Numbered from the stretch's first letter, positions 39,101-53,237 are shown. The stretch is 64,000 nucleotides of DNA from Schmidtea polychroa (GCA_044892525.1 CM097885.1:76198001-76262000); one strand, 5' to 3'. Notes: generated by a model not told the origin, from the letters alone. Made by a program: numbers and translations.

Positions 39101-42100
39101 AAAAATTAAAATCCATAACTTTTATTTCAAAACAATCTCTTGATTTTGAAATTCGCATTAAATCTGTCATTGGAATTTCAGTTGCATGTCCAATTAATTT
39201 AAATAATTCGTTTCTATTGTAGATGGTTTTGTCTATTTATTTACTATTCCTTTCGGACAACTAACTTTCTTCACTCATTTTTTTTCGCTATGAATTCTTC
39301 AACTTCATATCGACAACGAGAATATTTTGTCTTTCCTACTACTACTACTATTATTTTAGCAGTGATTTTAATTCGAAATCCGATAATTGGCTATTCCAAG
39401 AGTCTTTTCGTTATGTGATGGTAATTTTTTCCGGCAATTCATTTACAAGATACAAATCTGCTATGAATCTTGCATTGCCGAATAATTTATCTTGAGCTCT
39501 TCCAAACTCTCGGCATATATTATTTTCATTCTTTCATTTATTTCATAGCTTTTTTTCCTTTCACATTTTTCTTTCTTTTTCAATTATTTTTTTACTTATA
39601 TTTTTTACCATGCCTTGACATCCATATAACGCGCCTAATCGACATGAAATTCGTTCTAGGCAACGTTTATTGGTGTCATTATTTTCAAAATAATCTTCAA
39701 ACTTTTCTCAAAATTCAATGGAGCTTCAATCTTATTATATATTTCTGAATTTGATCTGAACTTTGGTGCTATGTATCCATCTTTAAAATGAGACAATTTA
39801 ATAATTCTTACTCTAAGGTCTTGATTTAACTCATTATTGATTCGAGGTCGACAGTTTTGTTTATTTATTGAAAAATTAAAATCCATAACTTTTATTTCAA
39901 TACAATCTCTTGATTTTGAAATTCGCATTAAATCTGTCATTGGAATTTCAGTTGCATGTCCAATTAATTTAAATAATTCGTTTCTATTGTAGATGGGTTT
40001 TGTCTATTTATTTACTATTCCTTTCGGACAACTAACTTTCTACACTCATTTTTTTTCGCAATGAATTCTTCAACTTCATTTCAACAACGAGAATATTTTG
40101 TCTTTCCTACTACTACTATTATTTTAGCAGTGATTTTAATTCGAAATCCGATAATTGGCTATTCCAAGAGTCTTTTCATTATGTGATGGATAATATTTTC
40201 CGGCAATTCATTTACAAGATACAAATCTGCTATGAATCTTGCATTGCCGAATAATTTATCTTGAGCTCTTCCATACTCTCGGCATATATTATTTTCATTC
40301 TTTCATTTATTTCATTGCTTTTTTTTCCTTTCACATTTTTCTTTCTTTTTCAATTATTTTTTTACTTATATTTTTTACCATGCCTTGACATCCATATAAC
40401 GCGCCTAATCGACATGAAATTCGTTCTAGGCAACGTTTTCCTGTGTCATTATTTTCAAAATAATCTTCAAACTTTTCTCAAAATTCAATGGAGCTTCAAT
40501 CTTATTATATATTTTTGAAGTTGATCTGAACTTTGGTGCTATGTATCCATCTTTAAAATGAGACAATTTAATAATTCTTACTCTAAGGTCTTGATTTAAC
40601 TCTATCTATTTGAGATCGATAGTTTTGTATATTTATTGAAAATTAAAATCCATAATTTTTTTTCAATACAATCTCTTGATTTTGAAATTCGCATTAAATC
40701 TGTCATTGGAATTTCAGTTGCATGTCCAATTAATTTAAATAATTCGTTTCTATTGTAGATGGTTTTGTCTATTTATTTACTATTCCTTTCGGACAACTAA
40801 CTCTCTTCACTCATTTTTTTCGCAATGAATTCTTCAACTTCATTTCAACAACGAGAATATTTTGTCTTTCCTACTACTACTACTATTATTTTAGCAGTGA
40901 TTTTAATTCGAAATCCGATAATTGGCTATTCCAAGAGTCTTTTCATTATGTGATGGATAATATTTTCCGGCAATTCATTTACAAGATACAAATCTGCTAT
41001 GAATCTTGCATTGCCGAATAATTTATCTTGATCTCTTCCATACTCTCGGCATATATTATTTTCATTCTTTCATTTATTTCATTGCTTTTTTTTCCTTTCA
41101 CATTTTTCTTTCTTTTTCAATTATTTTTTTACTTATATTTTATACCATGCCTTGACATCCATATAACGCGCCTAATCGACATGAAATTCGTTCTAGGCAA
41201 CGTTTATTGGTGTCATTATTTTCAAAATAATCTTCAAACTTTTCTCAAAATTCAATGGAGCTTCAATCTTATTATATATTTTTGAAGTTGATCTGAACTT
41301 TGGTGCTATGTATCCATCTTTAAAATGAGACAATTTAATAATTCTTACTCTAAGGTCTTGATTTAACTCTATCTATTTGAGATTGATAGTTTTGTATATT
41401 TATTGAAAATTAAAATCCATAATTTTTTTTCAATACAATCTCTTGATTTTGAAATTCGCATTAAATCTGTCATTGGAATTTCAGTTGCATGTCCAATTAA
41501 TTTAAATAATTCGTTTCTATTGTAGATGGTTTTGTCTATTTATTTACTATTCCTTTCGGACAACTAACTCTCTTCACTCATTTTTTTCGCAATGAATTCT
41601 TCAACTTCATTTCAACAACGAGAATATTTTGTCTTTCCTACTACTACTACTATTATTTTAGCAGTGATTTTAATTCGAAATCCGATAATTGGCTATTCCA
41701 AGAGTCTTTTCATTATGTGATGGATAATATTTTCCGGCAATTCATTTACAAGATACAAATCTGCTATGAATCTTGCATTGCCGAATAATTTATCTTGATC
41801 TCTTCCATACTCTCGGCATATATTATTTTCATTCTTTCATTTATTTCATTGCTTTTTTTTCCTTTCACATTTTTCTTTCTTTTTCAATTATTTTTTTACT
41901 TATATTTTTTACCATGCCTTGACATCCATATAACGCGCCTAATCGACATGAAATTCGTTCTAGGCAACGTTTATTGGTGTCATTATTTTCAAAATAATCT
42001 TCAAACTTTTCTCAAAATTCAATGGAGCTTCAATCTTATTATATATTTCTGAATTTGATCTGAACTTTGGTGCTATGTATCCATCTTTAAAATGAGACAA

Positions 42101-45100
42101 TTTAATAATTCTTACTCTAAGGTCTTGATTTAACTCATTATTGATTCGAGGTCGACAGTTTTGTTTATTTATTGAAAAATTAAAATCCATAACTTTTATT
42201 TCAAAACAATCTCTTGATTTTGAAATTTGCATTAAATCTGTCATTGGAATTTCAGTTGCATGTCCAATTAATTTAAATAATTCGTTTCTATTGTAGATGG
42301 GTTTTGTCTATTTATTTACTATTCCTTTCGGACAACTAACTTTCTTCACTCATTTTTTTTCGCTATGAATTCTTCAACTTCATATCGACAACGAGAATAT
42401 TTTGTCTTTCCTACTACTACTACTATTATTTTAGCAGTGATTTTAATTCGAAATCCGATAATTGGCTATTCCAAGAGTCTTTTCGTTATGTGATGGTAAT
42501 TTTTTCCGGCAATTCATTTACAAGATACAAATCTGCTATGAATCTTGCATTGCCGAATAATTTATCTTGAGCTCTTCCAAACTCTCGGCATATATTATTT
42601 TCATTCTTTCATTTATTTCATTGCTTTTTTTCCTTTCACATTTTTCTTTCTTTTTCAATTATTTTTTTACTTATATTTTTTACCATGCCTTGACATCCAT
42701 ATAACGCGCCTAATCGACATGAAATTCGTTCTAGGCAACGTTTATTGGTGTCATTATTTTCAAAATAATCTTCAAACTTTTCTCAAAATTCAATGGAGCT
42801 TCAATCTTATTATATATTTCTGAATTTGATCTGAACTTTGGTGCTATGTATCCATCTTTAAAATGAGACAATTTAATAATTCTTACTCTAAGGTCTTGAT
42901 TTAACTCATTATTGATTCGAGGTCGACAGTTTTGTTTATTTATTGAAAAATTAAAATCCATAACTTTTATTTCAATACAATCTCTTGATTTTGAAATTCG
43001 CATTAAATCTGTCATTGGAATTTCAGTTGCATGTCCAATTAATTTAAATAATTCGTTTCTATTGTAGATGGGTTTTGTCTATTTATTTACTATTCCTTTC
43101 GGACAACTAACTTTCTACACTCATTTTTTTTCGCAATGAATTCTTCAACTTCATTTCAACAACGAGAATATTTTGTCTTTCCTACTACTACTATTATTTT
43201 AGCAGTGATTTGAATTCGAAATCCGATAATTGGCTATTCCAAGAGTCTTTTCATTATGTGATGGATAATATTTTCCGGCAATTCATTTACAAGATACAAA
43301 TCTGCTATGAATCTTGCATTGCCGAATAATTTATCTTGAGCTCTTCCAAACTCTCGGCATATATTATTTTCATTCTTTCATTTATTTCATTGCTTTTTTT
43401 TCCTTTCACATTTTTCTTTCTTTTTCAATTATTTTTTTACTTATATTTTTTACCATGCCTTGACATCCATATAACACGCCTAATCGACATGAAATTCGTT
43501 CTAGGCAACGTTTATTGGTGTCATTATTTTCAAAATAATCTTCAAACTTTTCTCAAAATTCAATGGAGCTTCAATCTTATTATATATTTTTGAAGTTGAT
43601 CTGAACTTTGGTGCTATGTATCCATCTTTAAAATGAGACAATTTAATAATTCTTACTCTAAGGTCTTGATTTAACTCATTATTGATTCGAGGTCGACAGT
43701 TTTGTTTATTTATTGAAAAATTAAAATCCATAACTTTTATTTCAAAACAATCTCTTGATTTTGAAATTTGCATTAAATCTGTCATTGGAATTTCAGTTGC
43801 ATGTCCAATTAATTTAAATAATTCGTTTCTATTGTAGATGGGTTTTGTCTATTTATTTACTGTTCCTTTCGGACAACTAACTTTCTTCACTCATTTATTT
43901 TCGCTATGAATTTTTCAACTTCATTTCGACAACGAGAATATTTTGTCTTTCCTACTACTACTACTATTATTTTAGCAGTGATTTTAATTCGAAATCCGAT
44001 AATTGGCTATTCCAAGAGTCTTTTCATTATTTGATGGATAATATTTTCCGGCAATTCATTTACAAGATACAAATCTGCTATGAATCTTGCATTGCCGAAT
44101 AATTTATCTTGAGCTCTTCCATACTCTCGGCATATATTATTTTCATTCTTTCATTTATTTCATTGCTTTTTTTTCCTTTCACATTTTTCTTTCTTTTTCA
44201 ATTATTTTTTTACTTATATTTTTTACCATGCCTTGACAACTTTAATTCTTCAACTTCATTTCGACAACGAGAATATTTTGTCTTTCCTATTACTACTATT
44301 ATTTTAGCAGTGATTTTAATTCGAAATACGATAATTGGCTATTCCAAGAGTCTTTTCATTATGTGATGGATAATATTTTCCGGCAATTCATTTACAAGAT
44401 ACAAATCTGCTATGAATCTTGCATTGCCGAATAATTTATCTTGAGCTTTGTTGACTTGCTCTTACATACTCTCGGCATATATTATTTTCATTCTCTCATT
44501 TATTTCATTGCTTTTTTTTTTTTCCACATTTTTCTTTCTTCAATTATTTTGTTACTTATATTTTTTACCATGCCTTGACATCCATATAACACGCCTAATC
44601 GACATGAAATTCGTTCTAGGCAACGTTTTCCTGTGTCATTATTTTCAAAATAATCTTCAAACTTTTCTCAAAATTCAATGGAGCTTCAATCTTATTATAT
44701 ATTTTTGAAGTTGATCTGAACTTTGGTGCTATGTATCCATCTTTAAAATGAGACAATTTAATAATTCTTACTCTAAGGTCTTGATTTAACTCTATCTATT
44801 TGAGATCGATAGTTTTGTATATTTATTGAAAATTAAAATCCATAATTTTTTTTCAATACAATCTCTTGATTTTGAAATTCGCATTAAATCTGTCATTGGA
44901 ATTTCAGTTGCATGTCCAATTAATTTAAATAATTCGTTTCTATTGTAGATGGTTTTGTCTATTTATTTACTATTCCTTTCGGACAACTAACTCTCTTCAC
45001 TCATTTTTTTCGCAATGAATTCTTCAACTTCATTTCAACAACGAGAATATTTTGTCTTTCCTACTACTACTACTATTATTTTAGCAGTGATTTTAATTCG

Positions 45101-48100
45101 AAATCCGATAATTGGCTATTCCAAGAGTCTTTTCATTATGTGATGGATAATATTTTCCGGCAATTCATTTACAAGATACAAATCTGCTATGAATCTTGCA
45201 TTGCCGAATAATTTATCTTGATCTCTTCCATACTCTCGGCATATATTATTTTCATTCTTTCATTTATTTCATTGCTTTTTTTTCCTTTCACATTTTTCTT
45301 TCTTTTTCAATTATTTTTTTACTTATATTTTTTACCATGCCTTGACATCCATATAACGCGCCTAATCGACATGAAATTCGTTCTAGGCAACGTTTATTGG
45401 TGTCATTATTTTCAAAATAATCTTCAAACTTTTCTCAAAATTCAATGGAGCTTCAATCTTATTATATATTTCTGAATTTGATCTGAACTTTGGTGCTATG
45501 TATCCATCTTTAAAATGAGACAATTTAATAATTCTTACTCTAAGGTCTTGATTTAACTCATTATTGATTCGAGGTCGACAGTTTTGTTTATTTATTGAAA
45601 AATTAAAATCCATAACTTTTATTTCAATACAATCTCTTGATTTTGAAATTCGCATTAAATCTGTCATTGGAACTTCAGTTGCATGTCTAATTAATTTAAA
45701 TAATTCGTTTCTATTGTAGATGGGTTTTGTCTATTTATTTACTATTCCTTTCGGACAACTAACTTTCTTCACTCATTTTTTTTCGCAATGAATTCTTCAA
45801 CTTCATTTCAACAACGAGAATATTTTGTCTTTCCTACTACTACTATTATTTTAGCAGTGATTTTAATTCGAAATCCGATAATTGGCTATTCCAAGAGTCT
45901 TTTCATTATGTGATGGATAATATTTTCCGGCAATTCATTTACAAGATACAAATCTGCTATGAATCTTGCATTGCCGAATAATTTATCTTGAGCTCTTCCA
46001 TACTCTCGGCATATATTATTTTCATTCTTTCATTTATTTCATTGCTTTTTTTTCCTTTCACATTTTTCTTTCTTTTTCAATTATTTTTTTACTTATATTT
46101 TTTACCATGCCTTGACATCCATATAACGCGCCTAATCGACATGAAATTCGTTCTAGGCAACGTTTTCCTGTGTCATTATTTTCAAAATAATCTTCAAACT
46201 TTTCTCAAAATTCAATGGAGCTTCAATCTTATTATATATTTTTGAAGTTGATCTGAACTTTGGTGCTATGTATCCATCTTTAAAATGAGACAATTTAATA
46301 ATTCTTACTCTAAGGTCTTGATTTAACTCTATCTATTTGAGATCGATAGTTTTGTATATTTATTGAAAATTAAAATCCATAATTTTTTTTCAATACAATC
46401 TCTTGATTTTGAAATTCGCATTAAATCTGTCATTGGAATTTCAGTTGCATGTCCAATTAATTTAAATAATTCGTTTCTATTGTAGATGGTTTTGTCTATT
46501 TATTTACTATTCCTTTCGGACAACTAACTCTCTTCACTCATTTTTTTCGCAATGAATTCTTCAACTTCATTTCAACAACGAGAATATTTTGTCTTTCCTA
46601 CTACTACTACTATTATTTTAGCAGTGATTTTAATTCGAAATCTGATAATTGGCTATTCCAAGAGTCTTTTCATTATGTGATGGATAATATTTTCCGGCAA
46701 TTCATTTACAAGATACAAATCTGCTATGAATCTTGCATTGCCGAATAATTTATCTTGAGCTCTTTCATACTCTCGGCATATATTATTTTCATTCTTTCAT
46801 TTATTTCATTGCTTTTTTTTCCTTCCATATTTTTCTTTCTTCTTCAATAATTTTGTTACTTATATTTTTTACCATGCCTTGACATCCAATTAACACGCCT
46901 AATCGACATGAAATTCGTTCTAGGCAACGTTTATTGGTGTCATTATTTTCAAAATAATCTTCAAACTTTTCTCAAAATTCAATGGAGCTTCAATCTTATT
47001 ATATATTCTTGAAGTTGATCTGAACTTTGGTGCTATGTATCCATCTTTAAAATGAGACAATTTAATAATTCTTACTCTAAGGTCTTGATTTAACTCATTA
47101 TTGATTCGAGGTCGACAGTTTTGTTTATTTATTGAAAAATTAAAATCCATAACTTTTATTTCAATACAATCTCTTGATTTTGAAATTTGCATTAAATCTG
47201 TCATTGGAATTTCAGTTGCATGTCCAATTAATTTAAATAATTCGTTTCTATTGTAGATGGGTTTTGTCTATTTATTTACTGTTCCTTTCGGACAACTAAC
47301 TTTCTTCACTCATTTATTTTCGCTATGAATTTTTCAACTTCATTTCGACAACGAGAATATTTTGTCTTTCCTACTACTACTACTATTATTTTAGCAGTGA
47401 TTTTAATTCGAAATCCGATAATTGGCTATTCCAAGAGTCTTTTCATTATGTGATGGATAATATTTTCCGGCAATTCATTTACAAGATACAAATCTGCTAT
47501 GAATCTTGCATTGCCGAATAATTTATCTTGATCTCTTCCATACTCTCGGCATATATTATTTTCATTCTTTCATTTATTTCATTGCTTTTTTTTCCTTTCA
47601 CATTTTTCTTTCTTTTTCAATTATTTTTTTCTTATATTTTTTACCATGCCTTGACAACTTTAATTCTTCAACTTCATTTCGACAACGAGAATATTTTGTC
47701 TTTCCTACTACTACTACTATTATTTTAGCATTGATTTTAATTCGAAATCCGATAATTGGCTATTCCAAGAGTCTTTTCATTATGTGATGGATAATATTTT
47801 CCGGCAATTCATTTACAAGATACAAATCTGCTATGATTCTTGCATTGCCGAATAATTTATCTTGAGCTCTTCCATACTCTCGGCATATATTATTTTCATT
47901 CTTTCATTTATTTCATTGCTTTTTTTTCCTTTCACATTTTTCTTTCTTTTTCAATTATTTTTTTACTTATATTTTTTACCATGCCTTGACAACTTTAATT
48001 CTTCAACTTCATTTCGACAACGAGAATATTTTGTCTTTCCTATTACTACTATTATTTTAGCAGTGATTTTAATTCGAAATACGATAATTGGCTATTCCAA

Positions 48101-50965
48101 GAGTCTTTTCATTATGTGATGGATAATATTTTCCGGCAATTCATTTACAAGATACAAATCTGCTATGAATCTTGCATTGCCGAATAATTTATCTTGAGCT
48201 TTGTTGACTTGCTCTTACATACTCTCGGCATATATTATTTTCATTCTCTCATTTATTTCATTGCTTTTTTTTCCTTCCACATTTTTCTTTCTTCTTCAAT
48301 TATTTTGTTACTTATATTTTTTACCATGCCTTGACATCCATATAACACGCCTAATCGACATGAAATTCGTTCTAGGCAACGTTTTCCTGTGTCATTATTT
48401 TCAAAATAATCTTCAAACTTTTCTCAAAATTCAATGGAGCTTCAATCTTATTATATATTTTTGAAGTTGATCTGAACTTTGGTGCTATGTATCCATCTTT
48501 AAAATGAGACAATTTAATAATTCTTACTCTAAGGTCTTGATTTAACTCTATCTATTTGAGATCGATAGTTTTGTATATTTATTGAAAATTAAAATCCATA
48601 ATTTTTTTTCAATACAATCTCTTGATTTTGAAATTCGCATTAAATCTGTCATTGGAATTTCAGTTGCATGTCCAATTAATTTAAATAATTCGTTTCTATT
48701 GTAGATGGTTTTGTCTATTTATTTACTATTCCTTTCGGACAACTAACTCTCTTCACTCATTTTTTTCGCAATGAATTCTTCAACTTCATTTCAACAACGA
48801 GAATATTTTGTCTTTCCTACTACTACTACTATTATTTTAGCAGTGATTTTAATTCGAAATCCGATAATTGGCTATTCCAAGAGTCTTTTCATTATGTGAT
48901 GGATAATATTTTCCGGCAATTCATTTACAAGATACAAATCTGCTATGAATCTTGCATTGCCGAATAATTTATCTTGAGCTCTTTCATACTCTCGGCATAT
49001 ATTATTTTCATTCTTTCATTTATTTCATTGCTTTTTTTTCCTTCCATATTTTTCTTTCTTCTTCAATAATTTTGTTACTTATATTTTTTACCATGCCTTG
49101 ACATCCATTTAACACGCCTAATCGACATGAAATTCGTTCTAGGCAACGTTTATTGGTGTCATTATTTTCAAAATAATCTTCAAACTTTTCTCAAAATTCA
49201 ATGGAGCTTCAATCTTATTATATATTTTTGAAATTGATCTGAACTTTGGTGCTATGTATCCATCTTTAAAATGAGACAATTTAATAATTCTTACTCTAAG
49301 GTCTTGATTTAACTCATTATCTATTTGAGATCGATAGTTTTGTATATTTATTGAAAATTAAAATCCATAATTTTTTTTCAATACAATCTCTTGATTTTGA
49401 AATTTGCATTAAATCTGTCATTGGAATTTCAGTTGCATGTCCAATTAATTTAAATAATTCGTTTCTATTGTAGATGGGTTTTGTCTATTTATTTACTGTT
49501 CCTTTCGGACAACTAACTTTCTTCACTCATTTATTTTCGCTATGAATTTTTCAACTTCATTTCGACAACGAGAATATTTTGTCTTTCCTACTACTACTAC
49601 TATTATTTTAGCAGTGATTTTAATTCGAAATCCGATAATTGGCTATTCCAAGAGTCTTTTCATTATGTGATGGATAATATTTTCCGGCAATTCATTTACA
49701 AGATACAAATCTGCTATGAATCTTGCATTGCCGAATAATTTATCTTGATCTCTTCCATACTCTCGGCATATATTATTTTCATTCTTTCATTTATTTCATT
49801 GCTTTTTTTTCCTTTCACATTTTTCTTTCTTTTTCAATTATTTTTTTCTTATATTTTTTACCATGCCTTGACAACTTTAATTCTTCAACTTCATTTCGAC
49901 AACGAGAATATTTTGTCTTTCCTACTACTACTACTATTATTTTAGCATTGATTTTAATTCGAAATCCGATAATTGGCTATTCCAAGAGTCTTTTCATTAT
50001 GTGATGGATAATATTTTCCGGCAATTCATTTACAAGATACAAATCTGCTATGATTCTTGCATTGCCGAATAATTTATCTTGAGCTCTTCCATACTCTCGG
50101 CATATATTATTTTCATTCTTTCATTTATTTCATTGCTTTTTTTTCCTTTCACATTTTTCTTTCTTTTTCAATTATTTTTTTACTTATATTTTTTACCATG
50201 CCTTGACAACTTTAATTCTTCAACTTCATTTCGACAACGAGAATATTTTGTCTTTCCTATTACTACTATTATTTTAGCAGTGATTTTAATTCGAAATACG
50301 ATAATTGGCTATTCCAAGAGTCTTTTCATTATGTGATGGATAATATTTTCCGGCAATTCATTTACAAGATACAAATCTGCTATGAATCTTGCATTGCCGA
50401 ATAATTTATCTTGATCTCTTCCATACTCTCGGCATATATTATTTTCATTCTTTCATTTATTTCATTGCTTTTTTTTCCTTTCACATTTTTCTTTCTTTTT
50501 CAATTATTTTTTTACTTATATGTTTTACCATGCCTTGACATCCATATAACGCGCCTAATCGACATGAAATTCGTTCTAGGCAACGTTTATTGGTGTCATT
50601 ATTTTCAAAATAATCTTCAAACTTTTCTCAAAATTCAATGGAACTTCAATCTTATTATATATTTCTGAATTTGATCTGAACTTTGGTGCTATGTATCCAT
50701 CTTTAAAATGAGACAATTTAATAATTCTTACTCTAAGGTCTTGATTTAACTCATTATTGATTCGAGGTCGACAGTTTCGTTTATTTATTGAAAAATTAAA
50801 ATCCATAACTTTTATTTCAATACAATCTCTTGATTTTGAAATTTGCATTAAATCTGTCATTGGAATTTCAGTTGCATGTCCAATTAATTTAAATAATTCG
50901 TTTCTATTGTAGATGGGTTTTGTCTATTTATTTACTATTCCTTTCTGATAACTAATTTTCTTCAC
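23760..50965. repeat. Tandem array of 767-771-bp monomers (about 33 full plus 5 short monomers of about 335 bp) with a 3075-bp 4-mer higher-order repeat
   Basis: The ORF track recurs every 767-771 bp. Variant-specific ORFs recur at 3075 bp (28726/31801/34876; 29476/32551/35626; 30267/33342). Confidence 0.97.
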
Positions 50966-52176
50966 GAGCTTACGTGAGTTTCGTTTTTTTGTTATAGCAA
51001 CCCTCTTTTTCCAAAAAAGTTGATTAAATACTTTTTTACGTGAAAGCCAGTGAATAGCTATTTGAAATCATAAGGTATTTAATTCAGATTCCATATCAAG
51101 GTGTAGGACTGCGAATTGATCGATCTTTCTTTTGTTAAGTTAACTATTTTAATAAATAATATATAAAATAATTTTAGTAATATTTGTATATTTGTTGATC
51201 TAAAAATCGTTTCTTAATAGAAATATTTCTTATGTTATTAAATTTCTTGTAAATAATGAAATTCTTAAATATTTTCTTGCCTCAAGGCAAATTGATAGAA
51301 ATGTTTCGATTTTGCAAGAAATCTTTTTAAGATCAGAATTTGTAAAAACACTTTTTTGTAAGGAATCGAATCTTGGTGTGTTTATTATGATTTATTATGA
51401 TCGTTTAATGAGCGATAATTTTGGCCTATGGTTAAACATACTCCATATTAGATTAGATCAAAGGTTGGAGTGATCTTAACACAATATCTGACTCCCATTA
51501 TAAACTTTAAATTAATTAAAACATTAATAAAATAATAAAATATTAATTTATATTTAACTAACAATGTCGGTCGTTAGTGTTCCTATAAAATAAATGAAAA
51601 AAACTCAATTTCTTTTGCTCTCATCAAATAAATTTACAAAGAATGTACTGTTATTTACAAGATTCATGATTGAAACAGGAATCTTATGGAATATTAAGAA
51701 TCTGATGTATCCGTTTTATCTTCTTAATCTATTCAATAAACAATTTTCTCAACAACGCCATGTGTTAGTGATTTTTTCTATTTTCCTTTTGCCATTTCTG
51801 TGATATCGAATTGTTAAAATAATAGATTTTCTGTTGTTATTGTGAATAAAAATTGCTTTTCCTGATAAATTTCAAATTTTTCAAAATAGAATTATTCGCA
51901 ATAAATATCAGATTATTGTCTCGAAATTATACGTACAATGTTTGCGTCCTTTTTTTAAAATCACATAATTTTTTAGCCTCCAATATTTGCGTTTTATCTT
52001 GTCTTCCAGTGTCTGGTAACGGCTTATATACTGCCGTATACAGTATATTGAATTGAAATACCAATCATGCGACAACTTCGAGGCAAATATAGAAACCTGC
52101 CAAAACTTGGATGCTGATATCACTACAGGCTATGCTGAGCTCATAATTTCTGAAAATAAAAGTTAATTACAACAAA

Positions 52177-52732
52177 NNNNNNNNNNNNNNNNNNNNNNNN
52201 NNNNNNNNNNNNNNNNNNNNNNNNNNNNNNNNNNNNNNNNNNNNNNNNNNNNNNNNNNNNNNNNNNNNNNNNNNNNNNNNNNNNNNNNNNNNNNNNNNNN
52301 NNNNNNNNNNNNNNNNNNNNNNNNNNNNNNNNNNNNNNNNNNNNNNNNNNNNNNNNNNNNNNNNNNNNNNNNNNNNNNNNNNNNNNNNNNNNNNNNNNNN
52401 NNNNNNNNNNNNNNNNNNNNNNNNNNNNNNNNNNNNNNNNNNNNNNNNNNNNNNNNNNNNNNNNNNNNNNNNNNNNNNNNNNNNNNNNNNNNNNNNNNNN
52501 NNNNNNNNNNNNNNNNNNNNNNNNNNNNNNNNNNNNNNNNNNNNNNNNNNNNNNNNNNNNNNNNNNNNNNNNNNNNNNNNNNNNNNNNNNNNNNNNNNNN
52601 NNNNNNNNNNNNNNNNNNNNNNNNNNNNNNNNNNNNNNNNNNNNNNNNNNNNNNNNNNNNNNNNNNNNNNNNNNNNNNNNNNNNNNNNNNNNNNNNNNNN
52701 NNNNNNNNNNNNNNNNNNNNNNNNNNNNNNNN
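52177..52732. other. Assembly gap (N run)
   Basis: Run of N. Confidence 1.
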
Positions 52733-52894
52733 AATTATTAAAATTATCTTCTATATAAATATATTAAAGCTAAGAATCCATCTTTACTATTTTATGCGCA
52801 TTATTAATCAAATTATCATTATTTTTATTTCTACTATTTCATAAAAATAGTTTATACTTATTATTTTGCAAATTTACTGGAGATCCTTATTCAG

Positions 52895-53237
52895 GATATC
52901 TTCTATTCGCATTTGGAATTACAATAAATCACTGGAAGATTCTTATAGAGGCGTTAAAGTCCTTCATATATGGATTAATGATAAGCGAGTGTCCTCAGAT
53001 GAGGGGTTTTTCGTTCGTCGAGCACCTGGGCATGTTCAATATGATTTCGTTCAGGAAATACAATTAAAATCTAACGTAGGGATTTCCGAAGATATTATTC
53101 AATACAATCATTTACCCTGTGGTTTTGTGTATCAGTTCAACATTTTCAGTTCTTGGAATGACCTGTACTATGTAGGTTTGAATGGCATTGAAATCTTTGA
53201 CCAACATTGCCAGAGCCTTTCTATTAGCCCTCAACAA
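52895..53237 (+). CDS. KATNIP: KATNIP coding exon 2
   Basis: TTATTCAG|G ATA TCT reads ISSIRIWNYNKSLEDSYRGVK...GFFVRRAPGHVQYDFVQEI...FSSWNDLYYVGLNGIEIFD...SPQQ|GTAGAT. The length is 343 nt (1+342), consistent with the splice phases. Confidence 0.88.

Larger units (their letters stand above)
7344..52894 (+). other. KATNIP intron 1, about 45.5 kb as assembled
   Basis: GT at 7344 and TTATTCAG ending at 52894. The phase-2 join gives DHCLTITVESASK-ISSIRIWNYNKSLEDSYRGVK, completing the third DUF4457 module. The interval contains two N-gaps. Confidence 0.75.

Noticed and set aside
24111-50668. Dozens of 85-93 aa hydrophobic + strand ORFs that look like small membrane proteins
   Set aside because: They are antisense shadows of A-rich, Lys/Glu/Asn-coding minus-strand sequence, repeated with the satellite.
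24282-50860. 94-aa minus-strand ORFs as a functional tandem gene family
   Set aside because: They cover only the N-terminal part of the decayed domain. They are broken in about half of the monomers, and the remaining motifs need frameshifts and read through stops.
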